Shown here piece after piece: positions 17,755 through 27,965 of a stretch of 64,000 nt of DNA. The stretch lies in NCBI GenBank assembly GCA_046758965.1, contig JBHIBG010000007.1, positions 15,072 through 79,071 of the forward strand. The letters are read 5' to 3'. The notes under the pieces were generated by a model, which saw only the letters and a program-made list of their open reading frames with translations, made no database searches and was not told where the DNA came from. How positions within the stretch are numbered: the stretch's first letter is position 1; the number at the start of each line of letters is the position of its first letter. Origin of the DNA: Candidatus Methylomirabilia bacterium (GTDB lineage Bacteria; Methylomirabilota; Methylomirabilia; Rokubacteriales; CSP1-6). Both the position numbers and the translations under genes were made by a program.

Positions 17755-19451
17755 GGTTCACTCCTTCTTTCGGTTAGCGCCAACTCCTCGAGCGCCTGCT
17801 CGCGGAGCTTAGGCTTCTGGACCTTGTCGCCGTGGGGGCCCGGGGTACGGGGAACATCCTTCACGAAGCGGATGTAGCGGGGGATCTTGAAGGATGCGAT
17901 CTTCCCCTTACAGTGCGCCATGATGTCGTCTTCGGAAAGGATCTCTCCCTCTCTGGGGATGACATACGCAAAAGCCGCCTCGCCGAGCTTGATGTCGGGG
18001 ACCCCCACGACGAAGGCCTGGTGGACCCTCGGGTGGGCCATGAGAAACTCCTCGATCTCCCGCGGCGCCACCATAAAGTGGCTGATCCTGAGCACCTCTC
18101 TCAACCGGCCCTTGAAGATTGTGCGTCCGGCGTCGTCCTGGAGCGCCAGATCTCCGGTCTTGAACCAGCCGTCGCGGGTGAACGCCTTGGCCGTCTCCTC
18201 GGGGTTCTCGTAGTAGCCCTTGGTGACGACGGGGCCGCGCAGCCAGAGCTCGCCTTCCTCCCCGGGATTGCACGGAGCGGCGGTCTCCGGGTTCACGACC
18301 CTCACCTCGAGCCCTGGAGCCGGCCAGATGCCCGGCAGCTTCCGGCTCTCCTGGGGTTCATCGAGGTCGTGGAAGAGGGCGAGGGCGTTGACCTCCGTCA
18401 TCCCGTACGGCTGGAACGCCTGTCGGATCCCGATCCGTTCCACCGCCAGGTCGAAGAGAGCCTGGGCCCCTCCCGCGGTCATGGCCACTCCGCCGGTTCG
18501 GAGGGTGGAGCGCTCGGAGCGGTCGAGGTCTGGATGCTCCAGGACACCCTGGAGAATGGCATCCACCGCGTTCCAGATCGTGATCCGTTCCTTCTCGATG
18601 AGAGAGAGTGCCTGTCCGGGGTCGAACTGCTCCATCAGAACCAGAGCGGCGCCGTGCGTGAAGGTAGTCAGGGGGATACAGAGTCCGCCCCACGTGCCGG
18701 AGAGAGGGAGGGTGTGGAGCACCCGGTCCTCCGCCGTGACCCGCAGTTGCTCGCCGCAGTTCCAGCCGTGGGGGAGGCAGTTTCGGTGCGTGATCATAGC
18801 CCCTTTGGGAAACGATGTGGTGCCAGAGGTATAGAGGATCATGAGCGTGTCGTCTGGGCCCACCGCCTCCCGGGCCGCCGCGAGCCGGGCGTCCAGGGCC
18901 GGGTCCTCACCCGCCTCGAAGATATCCCGAAGCCGGAGGGTACCGGGATACGGATCCTCGGCATCCACGATCACCCGCCTGAGCAGCGGAAACTTCTCCG
19001 CTTGAAGGTTGCCGGGCTCAGCCTCTCTGAGATCGGGCAGCACCTTATGAAGCACGTCGAAAAAGTCCACGGAAGCCAGGTGGTCGGTGAGGACGAGCGT
19101 TGTGGAATCCGACTGGCCGAGGATGTAAGAGAGCTCGTGCGCCTTGTAGCGAGGGTTCAGCGCCACGACGGTGGCGCCGATCTTGGCGCAGGCGTACTGG
19201 CAGAAGAGCCAGGTCGGCCGGTTGGGGAGCCAGAGGGCTACCTTTTCGTCTTTCCGGATCCCGAGAGCGAGGAGGCCCGAGGCGATCCGCTCCGCCTGAT
19301 GACCGAACTCCAGATAGGAGATCCGCTCATCCCCGAGGACGATGGCCTCGCGCTCGTGATGAGCCGTCACCACCTCATCGAGCATCTCCCCGACGGTCTT
19401 ATCCCAGAACGGGTTCTCTCGCACGGCGCACTCCGAGGCCGACCCTACCAT
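17751..19451 (-). CDS. AMP-binding acyl-CoA synthetase
   Basis: YTSGTTSFPKG, YGMTE, GWFKTGDL adenylation motifs. Confidence 0.9.
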   Translation of the reverse strand: MVGSASECAVRENPFWDKTVGEMLDEVVTAHHEREAIVLGDERISYLEFGHQAERIASGLLALGIRKDEKVALWLPNRPTWLFCQYACAKIGATVVALNPRYKAHELSYILGQSDSTTLVLTDHLASVDFFDVLHKVLPDLREAEPGNLQAEKFPLLRRVIVDAEDPYPGTLRLRDIFEAGEDPALDARLAAAREAVGPDDTLMILYTSGTTSFPKGAMITHRNCLPHGWNCGEQLRVTAEDRVLHTLPLSGTWGGLCIPLTTFTHGAALVLMEQFDPGQALSLIEKERITIWNAVDAILQGVLEHPDLDRSERSTLRTGGVAMTAGGAQALFDLAVERIGIRQAFQPYGMTEVNALALFHDLDEPQESRKLPGIWPAPGLEVRVVNPETAAPCNPGEEGELWLRGPVVTKGYYENPEETAKAFTRDGWFKTGDLALQDDAGRTIFKGRLREVLRISHFMVAPREIEEFLMAHPRVHQAFVVGVPDIKLGEAAFAYVIPREGEILSEDDIMAHCKGKIASFKIPRYIRFVKDVPRTPGPHGDKVQKPKLREQALEELALTERRSEP

Positions 19452-19570
19452 ATCCCCGCGTGGGCTGTCTATCGGCGGGCGCCAGAGGCAGGTCGCGGTC
19501 GTCGTTTCTTACGCCGAAGAGCCGGCATGCGTTCTTGTCCGCATCGTGCCCGGCGGGCGACCGCAGACGG

Positions 19571-19765
19571 CTACGGGCCAGGCGGCGAGATCTTTCCAGG
19601 TGCGGCCGCTGGGTTCCGCCGGTTCAAGTGGAGCTCCATCGCTTTGACCAGCAGCGCCAGCGCTTCCGGCTCGGTTCGGCCTGTGGCGCGGACGTCCGGG
19701 TACGCGACGGCGGTCGCGACGAACTCTCCACGCTCGTTCTGCTCGACGATGACTTCAAACTTCAT
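19571..19765 (-). CDS. HicB-like small protein
   Basis: MKFEVIVEQNERGEFVA...PDVRATGRTEPEAL..L.KAMELHL resembles the HicB N-terminal fold. Confidence 0.55.
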   Translation of the reverse strand: MKFEVIVEQNERGEFVATAVAYPDVRATGRTEPEALALLVKAMELHLNRRNPAAAPGKISPPGP

Positions 19766-19799
19766 GCTGTCTTGCAGATCACCGTCCCGCCGGGCCCGG

Positions 19800-22700
19800 T
19801 CAGAGCCGCCCCGCCGCGGAAACCCGGGACTCCCTCAAGCGCTCCGTCAACTTCTCGGCCCGCCCCTTCACCGCCGCCACGTTGTCGAGCTTGATCTCCT
19901 CGTACCCCCGAATCCCATCCGGGAGCCGGGCGATCTCGGCGACCAGGGGATGGGTGCCGGGGTCGAGGCGGTCCAGGGCGTCCTCGACGAGCGCCGTGTA
20001 CCACGGAATCAGGCGCCGCTCCTCCCGACGCACGCCGGCGTACCCGAAGATATCCCACGGGGTGCCGCGCAAACCCCGCATTCGGCGCAGCATGCGCAGC
20101 ACGGGCGTGAACCAGGGACCGAACGCCAGCTTTCGCCTGAGGCCGATCGCTCGCAGCAATGGCGGATGGAAGTTGTAGACGAGGCGACGCGGCTCGACGA
20201 AAAGGCTCCGCGTCTCGGCATGAAATCGCGGTTTCAGGTGGAGGCGCGCGACCTCGTACTCATCCTTGTAGGCCATGAGCTTGTAGAGGTGGCGAATCAC
20301 CGCGTGGGTCACCTCGAATCGGCCCTCCACTACCGCCTGCTCGCGCGCGGCCACCCTGAGGACGAACTCCACGTACGCCTCGGGATACCGGGCGTCCTGG
20401 TAGTCGATGAGTTCGGCGATGCGGACCGCCAGCATCCGCCGAGATTCCTCGTCGAGGTGGGCACCACGGTCCAGCAGGGACACGTAGGCGTGGGCGTCGT
20501 TGCCGGAGAGGCGCGCGAGGACCCCGGCTCGCTCATCCTCGAAGCCGCGTCGGGGCGGCTCCGCCAGCGCCCGCACCCCCGCCGGATCCGCCACGTGAAG
20601 ACGCCCGTAGCGGAACGCCTGGAGGCTCTGATCCACCTGCACCCGGTTCAGCCGGATCGCGGCCTCGATGCTCCGGGCAGTGAGTGGCAGGAGACCGGAC
20701 TGATAGGCCACGCCGAGGATGAACAGGTTCGTGGTCATGTAGTCGCCGAAGAGGGCCTCGGCGATGCGGCGCCCCTCAACGAAGACGCTCCGCCCCGCGC
20801 TGGTGAATCTGGCGATGGCGCCCTTCATGGCCTCGACTGGTGGGGAGAAGGAGATGTTCCGCACCATCTCGCCGCTGGGGAAGAGCGTGGTGTTGGTGAC
20901 CGCGGCTGTTCGGTTGGGATCGCAGCGGTCGAGGTTCGTAGGGTTGGCGGCGGCCATGAGATCAAAGGCGAGGTAGAGATCCGCCGTGCCGGCCCCGACC
21001 TTGTTCGCGGCCAGAGGATGGTCGGGAGCGGCGATAACCAGGCTCGAGAGGACCGGCCCCCACTTCTGGGCCGCCCCGGTCTGGTCGTAGCTCAGGACGC
21101 GCTTGCCGTCGATCAGCGCGGCGTAGCAGAGCAGGGCGTTGATGGTGATCACGCCGGTCCCGCCGACACCCGGAATGTAGATCCGGTACGGCTGGTCCAG
21201 CCGGACCTTGCGCGCGGGCTCCGGGATTGCCTCGCCGTCCAAAATGGGTGGAGCCGGCCGGCGATACCCTGTTCCCTCCTTGGTCTCTACGCTCACGAAG
21301 GACGGGCAGTCTCCCGCCAGGCACGAGTAGTCCTGGTTGCAGGAGGAGGCGTGGACCTGCGTCTTCAGACCGAACTCCGTGTCCACCGTGGGCAGGGACA
21401 TGCAGTTGGTGAGGGCACCGCAGTGCCCGCACCCTTCGCAGACCGCCTCGTTGATCACCACGAACCTGTTGGGGACAGGCAGCTTGCCCCGCTTCCGCCG
21501 TCGTCGCCGCTCGTTGGCGCACATCCCGTCATAGATGAACACGGTCACCCCGGCCTCCCGCTCCAGCTCCTTCAGGACCCGGTCCTGCTGTTCCACGGGG
21601 TACGCCCGGGCGTTGGATGCGAGGCTCGCATTGCGATATGCCTTGGGGTTCTTCGTCACGACGGCGATGCGCCGCACGCCTTCGGTTTCCAGAAGCCGGG
21701 TCAGCTCGGGGATCGGCTTCGCCCCGACCATATCTTGGGCGCCAGTGTTGGCGACGAAGCCGTTGTAGAGGATCTTGAACGTCATGTTCACCCCGGCCGC
21801 CACGCAGAAACGGATGTTCAGGTAGCTCGAGTGAAAGAGCGACCCGTCGCCCACGTTCTGCACCAGGTGCCGGCGATCGGTGAACGGGGCCAGCCCGATC
21901 CACGGAAGACCCTCGCCGCCGAGCTGTGTCATCGAGACGATGTGGCGCTCCGGCTGCTCGATGATGGAGGCAAAGGAGTGGCAGCCAGGGCTCCCCCAGG
22001 CCACCTGCCCGTCCAGCAGGCGGGTGGAGATGTTGTGCGGGCAGCCCGAGCAGTAGTTGGGGGTGCGCATCGGCAGGGTGTCGTACCGGCGCTCCCGGAT
22101 CCCCCGCAGCTCGGCCAGGCGGCCAAGGATCCCCGGGTGATCGCCGGCAAGCTTGAGGAGGCGAGGACCCAGGCGCTCAGCCACGAGATCGCTATCCATC
22201 CCGCCCTGAATCGGGAAGAGCGGGGCCCCGCTCTCGTCAGACTTCCCCACGACGCGCGGCGCGTGCGGGAGGCTGCAGAGCGCCTCCTTCACCTGGGCTT
22301 CCAAGAAGCCGCGCTTCTCCTCGACGACGATGATCTCGTCCAGGCCGCCGGCGAACTCGCGCACGAGGTCGGCATCGACCGGGTAGATCAGGCCGACCTG
22401 GAGCAGCCGGATGCCGACGCCCCGCAGGGTGTGGTCGTCCAGCCGCAGCTCCAGCAGCGCCTGGCGAGTGTCGGCGTAGCTCTTGCCGGCGGTGATGATG
22501 CCCAGCCGGTCGCGCGCCGACCGGACGACGACCCGATCGAGCTTGTTGGCCCGCGCGTAGGCGAGCACGGCCTGGTGGCGCTCGTAGTAGAGCTGCCGCT
22601 CCGTCTCGATGTTCATGCCGGGGAAGAAGGTGAAGTCCGTCGCCTTCTTGAAGGGCCGCCCCCAGAACGCGAGCTCGGGAATGACCACCGACGGCCGCTC

Positions 22701-23357
22701 AGGGCCGACCTCCACGGTCTCCCCCCCGTCGGCCAGCGCTCCGACCAGCTTCATCGCCACCCAGCAGCCGCTGAAGCGAGACATTGCGATGGCGTGAAGA
22801 CCCATCTCCAGGAACTCCGCCACGGACGCCGGGTACACGACGGGGATGCCGGCGCTCAGGAAGGCGTAATCGTCCTGGTAGGGGACGGTGGAGCTCTTGG
22901 CCTCGTGATCCTCGCCGCTCAGGATGACGACGGCGCCGTGGCGGCTGGTCCCGGCGAAGTTCCCGTGCTTCAAGGCGTCGCCACTCCGGTCAACGCCCGG
23001 CCCCTTGCCGTACCAGATGGCGACCACCCCCTCGTAACGGGAGTGGGGGTAGGTATCCAGCATCTGCGTGCCGCTGATGGCGGTGGCGGCCAGCTCCTCG
23101 TTCGCGCCGGGCACGTGCAGGACGTCATGTCGCTCCAGGAGCGCGCGCGCCTGTTGCAGCGCCAGGTCGTACCCTCCGAGCGGCGACCCCGGATAGCCAC
23201 TGATGAAGGTGCCGATGGAGAGCCCCGCACGGCGGTCCCGGCGGCTCTGCTCGAGAGGCAGGCGCACCAGCGCCTGCAGGCCGCTGAGGTAGACGATTCC
23301 TTCTTCTTGAAGGTACCGATCGTCCAATGTGACATCCTTCGTCGTGCGCCCGGTCAT
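19800..23357 (-). CDS. Indolepyruvate ferredoxin oxidoreductase family protein (fused alpha/beta)
   Basis: FISGYPGSPLGG, WYGKGPGVDR, CSGCPHN, GDGS TPP motif, CEGCGHC ferredoxin, GVGGTGV, AYKDEYEVARL. Confidence 0.92.
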   Translation of the reverse strand: MTGRTTKDVTLDDRYLQEEGIVYLSGLQALVRLPLEQSRRDRRAGLSIGTFISGYPGSPLGGYDLALQQARALLERHDVLHVPGANEELAATAISGTQMLDTYPHSRYEGVVAIWYGKGPGVDRSGDALKHGNFAGTSRHGAVVILSGEDHEAKSSTVPYQDDYAFLSAGIPVVYPASVAEFLEMGLHAIAMSRFSGCWVAMKLVGALADGGETVEVGPERPSVVIPELAFWGRPFKKATDFTFFPGMNIETERQLYYERHQAVLAYARANKLDRVVVRSARDRLGIITAGKSYADTRQALLELRLDDHTLRGVGIRLLQVGLIYPVDADLVREFAGGLDEIIVVEEKRGFLEAQVKEALCSLPHAPRVVGKSDESGAPLFPIQGGMDSDLVAERLGPRLLKLAGDHPGILGRLAELRGIRERRYDTLPMRTPNYCSGCPHNISTRLLDGQVAWGSPGCHSFASIIEQPERHIVSMTQLGGEGLPWIGLAPFTDRRHLVQNVGDGSLFHSSYLNIRFCVAAGVNMTFKILYNGFVANTGAQDMVGAKPIPELTRLLETEGVRRIAVVTKNPKAYRNASLASNARAYPVEQQDRVLKELEREAGVTVFIYDGMCANERRRRRKRGKLPVPNRFVVINEAVCEGCGHCGALTNCMSLPTVDTEFGLKTQVHASSCNQDYSCLAGDCPSFVSVETKEGTGYRRPAPPILDGEAIPEPARKVRLDQPYRIYIPGVGGTGVITINALLCYAALIDGKRVLSYDQTGAAQKWGPVLSSLVIAAPDHPLAANKVGAGTADLYLAFDLMAAANPTNLDRCDPNRTAAVTNTTLFPSGEMVRNISFSPPVEAMKGAIARFTSAGRSVFVEGRRIAEALFGDYMTTNLFILGVAYQSGLLPLTARSIEAAIRLNRVQVDQSLQAFRYGRLHVADPAGVRALAEPPRRGFEDERAGVLARLSGNDAHAYVSLLDRGAHLDEESRRMLAVRIAELIDYQDARYPEAYVEFVLRVAAREQAVVEGRFEVTHAVIRHLYKLMAYKDEYEVARLHLKPRFHAETRSLFVEPRRLVYNFHPPLLRAIGLRRKLAFGPWFTPVLRMLRRMRGLRGTPWDIFGYAGVRREERRLIPWYTALVEDALDRLDPGTHPLVAEIARLPDGIRGYEEIKLDNVAAVKGRAEKLTERLRESRVSAAGRL

Positions 23358-23673
23358 CGCGCCCTCCGTTCACTCATCCAGGTAGGCCTGGGCCACAGTC
23401 GCGACGCGGAGAACTCTCAGGGAGTTCCTGCTCTGCGCAGATACCATAGCCTCTTCCCTTGGCGTGCGCGGAGCGAGCGGAGCCCGAGTGGTGAAGCCAC
23501 GTAAGCCCGTGTTTTGATGGCTCATTCTGAACGATACCGGTCCATCGCGTCCTCGTCCGAGTCACTCCGAGTTTACTGAATTTCGCTCGGCTCCGATCCG
23601 AAAAGTGAGCGGCGCTGTGATCGGCCGGTCGCCTCCGATGGGGGTGATCTGGTGTTCGGCGAGAAGAAGGGAG

Positions 23674-24099
23674 CTACAAGGCGTCGGCAGGGAAAAGGAA
23701 GACCCGCGTTCGGCGGACGGCGATCCCCTCGGCGGGTCCCTGCGCCGCGTGAGCGATCACCACGCGCAACCCTCTCCGGGCGGTGACGAGCACGAGCTCT
23801 GCCTCCCCCGGGCGCACCTGCCAGGCGCGGTCTCCGGCCCTCAGCGGGCGGCTGACGACGACGGCGACCCATCCGCTCACCGGTCGCCACCACGCGCGGA
23901 CCGGCGGAAACGAGGCGCCGATGGCGGCCAGCGCGGCGGCCAGCGTTGCCTGGGCCGTTCCGCCGGCGTCAGGGAGCAGGAGCGCCGTGCCGGCCCAAAG
24001 AAGAATCCACACGGCCGCGGCATCCAGCCAGCGGAGCCAGCGGACACGGTCGGTCCAGCGGTCAATGGCGGCGGGAAGAGGCTTGATCGGCGTTCGCAT
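23674..24099 (-). CDS. Hypothetical membrane protein
   Basis: Two hydrophobic segments followed by an SH3-like beta-rich tail. Confidence 0.55.
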   Translation of the reverse strand: MRTPIKPLPAAIDRWTDRVRWLRWLDAAAVWILLWAGTALLLPDAGGTAQATLAAALAAIGASFPPVRAWWRPVSGWVAVVVSRPLRAGDRAWQVRPGEAELVLVTARRGLRVVIAHAAQGPAEGIAVRRTRVFLFPADAL

Positions 24100-24255
24100 C
24101 GCGTCGGCGTTTTCAGTCTAGCACAGATGCGCGGGTGAGACACTGCTCCCATGAAATCTCCTTGCGGTCCCTTGCATCCTTACAGTAGGATGGGCAGAGG
24201 TGTAGAGCATGCACGCGTGGCGATCTTTCAGAGTAGGGAAGAGATAGGTCCGGCG

Positions 24256-25182
24256 GTGCGCGGGGCGCTTCTGCTGCTTGCCGGGATCTGGCTTGCTGGA
24301 TGCGCCTCTGCCGGTTCTGGAGGAGTTCCCTCTCCCGCGTCGGATATCACATCGCCGCCAGCAGTCGCGGCACGAGAGCCGGTCGCGTCCACGCTCGGAG
24401 TGTCAGCTCAGGAGCAGCCGGAGTGGGCGGCGTTCGGTCTTTCGGGGCCGCCAGCATGGTGGGAAATAGGGCCCGCCAACCCGCGCAGGGATGCGCCCCG
24501 CATGTTCATCCTTGAGGCCTCGGCGCATGAAGGGTCTCGGCCGGTCCAGCTGAAGTTGGAGCTGGAGAAAGAGGAGGAAGTGGGGGCGCACGATCCATTC
24601 GAGCCGTTCAACCAGGCGATGTTTGGCTTCAACCGGCAGGTCGACCACTTCGTCCTCAAGCCCGTCGCGATTATGTACGATGCGGTCCTTCCCGATCTTG
24701 TCCAGGGTAGCCTCCGCAACGTGTTCCAGAATATCGGCGTGGTCCCCCGTGTGGTGAACAACGCGCTTCAGCTGAAGTTCGGGGGCATGACCCGTGAACT
24801 GAGTCGCTTCGTCCTCAACAGCACCGTGGGGATCGCCGGGCTGTTCGATTTCGCCAAGCTCGTTGGCGTGGAGACGAGCCAGGAGGACACCGGCCAGACG
24901 CTGGGCGTGTACGGGGTGGCGCCGGGACCGTACGTGGTCTTGCCGTTTCTGCCCCCGTTCACGGTTCGTGACGGCTTCGGCGCCGTGGTTGACATCTTCC
25001 TTAACCCCCTGATCTACTTCGCCCCCTTCGCGGCCACGGCTAGCATCAGAGCCACCGACACCGTCAATGAGCGCTCGTTGAACCTCGAGCTCTACGAAGG
25101 TGTCGAGGAGGCGGCGCTCGACCTCTACACGGCGGTCAAGGACGGCTACCTCCAACGGAGGCGTAGCGCGATTTCGGAGTAG
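24256..25182 (+). CDS. mlaA: VacJ/MlaA family lipoprotein
   Basis: Lipobox LAGC after GTG 24256; DPFEPFNQAMFGFN, NSTVGIAGLFD, EDTGQTLG, GPYVVLPFL. Confidence 0.85.
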   Translation: MRGALLLLAGIWLAGCASAGSGGVPSPASDITSPPAVAAREPVASTLGVSAQEQPEWAAFGLSGPPAWWEIGPANPRRDAPRMFILEASAHEGSRPVQLKLELEKEEEVGAHDPFEPFNQAMFGFNRQVDHFVLKPVAIMYDAVLPDLVQGSLRNVFQNIGVVPRVVNNALQLKFGGMTRELSRFVLNSTVGIAGLFDFAKLVGVETSQEDTGQTLGVYGVAPGPYVVLPFLPPFTVRDGFGAVVDIFLNPLIYFAPFAATASIRATDTVNERSLNLELYEGVEEAALDLYTAVKDGYLQRRRSAISE

Positions 25183-25196
25183 CGCGCGCTCCGACC

Positions 25197-26501
25197 TCAC
25201 ATCACGCCGCGCGCCCTGAGCCCTGCCAGCGTCTCGCGCCCGTACCCGAGATACTTGGCGTAGATGTGGGCGTTGTCCTGTCCGGGCTTGCGGCACGCCC
25301 ACTTGAGTCGCGGAGGGGAGGCGCTCAGCTTCTGGAAGGGGAGCTGGATCAGGAGATCGCCGTAGGTCGGATCAGAGAAGATCGCCAGGGTGCCCCGCTC
25401 CCGGTAGTGTTCGTTCAGAACCACATCCCGGGGGTCGACGACCCGTCCGGCCACCATGACCCCGCCCTCGATGAGCCGATTCTGATCCTCGAATCGTGCG
25501 ACGATCTCCTCAAAGGTCAGCGTGGTGGTCCAGGCCTCGATCTCCTGGTGCAGGCGGCTCTGCACCTCGAGAGGTCGCCGCGAGGAGATTGACGGGTACT
25601 GCTCGATGAGGCCGGGCCGGTTCATGAGCCGGCACAGGGCCTGCCAGGCCGGCTCCATCACGGCGGCGAGCAGGAGGTAGCCGTCCTTGCACCGGACGTA
25701 CGTGTACGGAAAGATGGCGGTGTCATAGTTTCCCACCCGGGAACGGACGACTCCATCCAGCTCCCACCAGGCCACGCTGAGATCGGCGCTCCGCATCAAG
25801 GCTTCGGCGGGGGAGACGTCCACGAACTGACCGATCCCGGTGAGGGCTCGGAAATGCACGGCCACGAGGATTCCGAACGCCCCCCAAAGCCCGCCCAGCG
25901 TCCAGCCGTGCCAGCTCCCTTGCCGCGTGGGCACGGCGGAGGGGTCCGCATCCACGCCGGGTGGGGAACCGGTGATGAAGGTGACCCCGGAGAGGGCCTG
26001 GTCCGCGATATCGGCATTGGGCTGGCCGCAGCCAGCGCGCGGGCCGAACTGGCCGTACGTATAGAGCGCGCAGTAGATCAGCCGGGGATTGTGCTCCGAA
26101 AGCTGCCGGTAGCCGAGCCCCCAGGAATCCATCTGGCCGGGCAAGAAGGTCTCGATGAGCACGTCGGCCCGCCGGGAGAGCGTCTCCAGGATCCGGCGCC
26201 CCTCCTCGCTCTCCAGGCTCAGGGTGATATGGAGCTTGTTTCTCCCCTCCACGAGGTAGCCGAGGCCGGTCCCGTCGTGGAGCAAGCCAAACGGTGTGAA
26301 GCGACGGGCTGGGTCTCCTTCGGGAGGCTCGATCCGAACCACCTCGGCGCCCAGCTCCGCAAGGAATGACGACGCCACCAGGCCGGCCATGCTGGCTCGG
26401 GAGCAGTCCAGCACCAGGAGGTCGGCGAGGGCCTCGGCCTTCTTGAATGCTGTCTTGGGATCGTCGAGGGTCCGGATCCAGTCGGGCCAGGAGTCGTTCA
26501 T
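25197..26501 (-). CDS. Family III (CaiB/BaiF) CoA-transferase, B-type subunit lacking the catalytic Asp
   Basis: LAELGAEVVRIEPP, GRNK, DVLIETFLPG, YGQFGP; GSWHGW where GD is expected. Confidence 0.85.
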   Translation of the reverse strand: MNDSWPDWIRTLDDPKTAFKKAEALADLLVLDCSRASMAGLVASSFLAELGAEVVRIEPPEGDPARRFTPFGLLHDGTGLGYLVEGRNKLHITLSLESEEGRRILETLSRRADVLIETFLPGQMDSWGLGYRQLSEHNPRLIYCALYTYGQFGPRAGCGQPNADIADQALSGVTFITGSPPGVDADPSAVPTRQGSWHGWTLGGLWGAFGILVAVHFRALTGIGQFVDVSPAEALMRSADLSVAWWELDGVVRSRVGNYDTAIFPYTYVRCKDGYLLLAAVMEPAWQALCRLMNRPGLIEQYPSISSRRPLEVQSRLHQEIEAWTTTLTFEEIVARFEDQNRLIEGGVMVAGRVVDPRDVVLNEHYRERGTLAIFSDPTYGDLLIQLPFQKLSASPPRLKWACRKPGQDNAHIYAKYLGYGRETLAGLRARGVM

Positions 26502-26505
26502 GAGA

Positions 26506-27834
26506 TCAAAGGGCTTTGCCCTCGCCCTGCCAATCGTCGGGAGGCTTCTGGCCTGGACGGTCCGCCCACTGGCCGATGATCCCGGCCGCCTCAAGGTCGT
26601 TCAACTCTGCTCGTGAGAGGCCCAGAAGGCCCCGGAGGATGAAGTCGTTGTCCGCGCCGATGGGCTTGATGGCCCACTTGATCCGTCCCGGGGTCGCCGA
26701 AAGCTTCGCTGCCGGGCCGCCCAGCGGGAATTTTCCGTATATCGGGTCGTCGTGGCGCCAGAGGGCGCGCCTGGCAGCCAGGTGAGGTTCCTTGGCGTGG
26801 TCCCTGCCGCTCGCCACCGGAGCGGCAGCGAAGCCGTGGCGGTCGCCGAGTGCGACCAGCTCTGCAATGGTTCGCTGCTTCGCCCAAGCCCGGATGAGAG
26901 CCAGGAGCGTCTCGCTGTTGTCGTGCCGGGCGCGGGCCAGCTGCGTTTGGTACGGTGAATGTTCGGCCAGGTCAGGCTGCCCCATCGCGGCGGCCAGGCC
27001 CCTGAAGGCCTCATCCGTGGGGGCCGAGATGGCGATAAACCCGTCGGTCGCCTCGACGATGTCTGAGGGGACGATGGCAGGATCAGCGTTCCCGTAGCGG
27101 CCCCGGTGCTGGTTCGTGAGACCGTGGAAGACCCAGGTCCAGTCCAGGAACCGGATCAGCGCCTCCACCTGAGCGATCTCGATGAACTGGCCCTCACCGG
27201 TGCGCTGCCGGTGGTGCAAGGCGGCCAGAATCGTGGCGGCGGCGGCAATGGCTCCCAGGTAGTCCCCGACGTACCCTCCGCTCTTGAGGGGCGGCCGGGT
27301 GGAGAACCCCGTGATGGCGGCCATTCCGCTCTCCCCCTGGGCGATGGCATCGTAGGAAGGGCGTCCTGCCCCGTAACTGCCCCACTGCCCGAAGCCGTTG
27401 TGGGCCGAGTAGATCAGGCGGGGATTCACCTCGCGGAGTCGTCGGTAGCCGATCCCCCACCGCTCCAACGTGCCTGCCCTGAAGTTCTCCACCACCACGT
27501 CCGCCTTCGCCGCTAGCTGTCTGAACAAGGCAGCACCCTCGGGCTTCCGCACATCGAGCCCGACGAAGTACTTGTTCTTCGGCTCGCTCAGGCCGATCAG
27601 CGACATGTTCTGGTGGTAGCTGGGACCGAGTGCCCGGATGGTGTCGCCAACTCCGGGGATCTCGACTTTGAGGACCTCCGCTCCGTACTCGGCCAGATAC
27701 GTGGTGGTAGTCGGGCCGAGGAAGATGGTACCGAGGTCAATGACCCGGAGGCCACGCAGCGCCTCCGGCTTCGTGAAGATTTTCGTGGGATCGAAGAGGG
27801 CAGAGGTCCACTGGAAATACCCGGGGACAGTCAT
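26506..27834 (-). CDS. Family III CoA-transferase, A-type subunit (catalytic Asp present)
   Basis: LAEYGAEVLKVE, ENFRAG, GFGQWG, YDAIAQ, GYVGDYLG. Confidence 0.88.
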   Translation of the reverse strand: MTVPGYFQWTSALFDPTKIFTKPEALRGLRVIDLGTIFLGPTTTTYLAEYGAEVLKVEIPGVGDTIRALGPSYHQNMSLIGLSEPKNKYFVGLDVRKPEGAALFRQLAAKADVVVENFRAGTLERWGIGYRRLREVNPRLIYSAHNGFGQWGSYGAGRPSYDAIAQGESGMAAITGFSTRPPLKSGGYVGDYLGAIAAAATILAALHHRQRTGEGQFIEIAQVEALIRFLDWTWVFHGLTNQHRGRYGNADPAIVPSDIVEATDGFIAISAPTDEAFRGLAAAMGQPDLAEHSPYQTQLARARHDNSETLLALIRAWAKQRTIAELVALGDRHGFAAAPVASGRDHAKEPHLAARRALWRHDDPIYGKFPLGGPAAKLSATPGRIKWAIKPIGADNDFILRGLLGLSRAELNDLEAAGIIGQWADRPGQKPPDDWQGEGKAL

Positions 27835-27965
27835 GGCTCCACGACTCTAGCAGACCTGGCGCTCCCCAATCAATGGGCGTTCAGCCCAATTCCTTCAGTC
27901 CGACTCGCCACGCTGGCGTTCGCTTCAGTATCCGATCCAGGTATACTCACCCCGGGGTAGCAGCG

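Noticed and set aside
17832..23504. 1890-aa plus-strand ORF
   Set aside because: Antisense shadow of the oxidoreductase and CoA ligase genes; no recognisable motifs, and long stop-free antisense frames are expected from GC-rich codon bias.
23358..23673. Intergenic region with a small hairpin (GAACTC/GAGTTC)
   Set aside because: Too short and unspecific to call a regulatory RNA.
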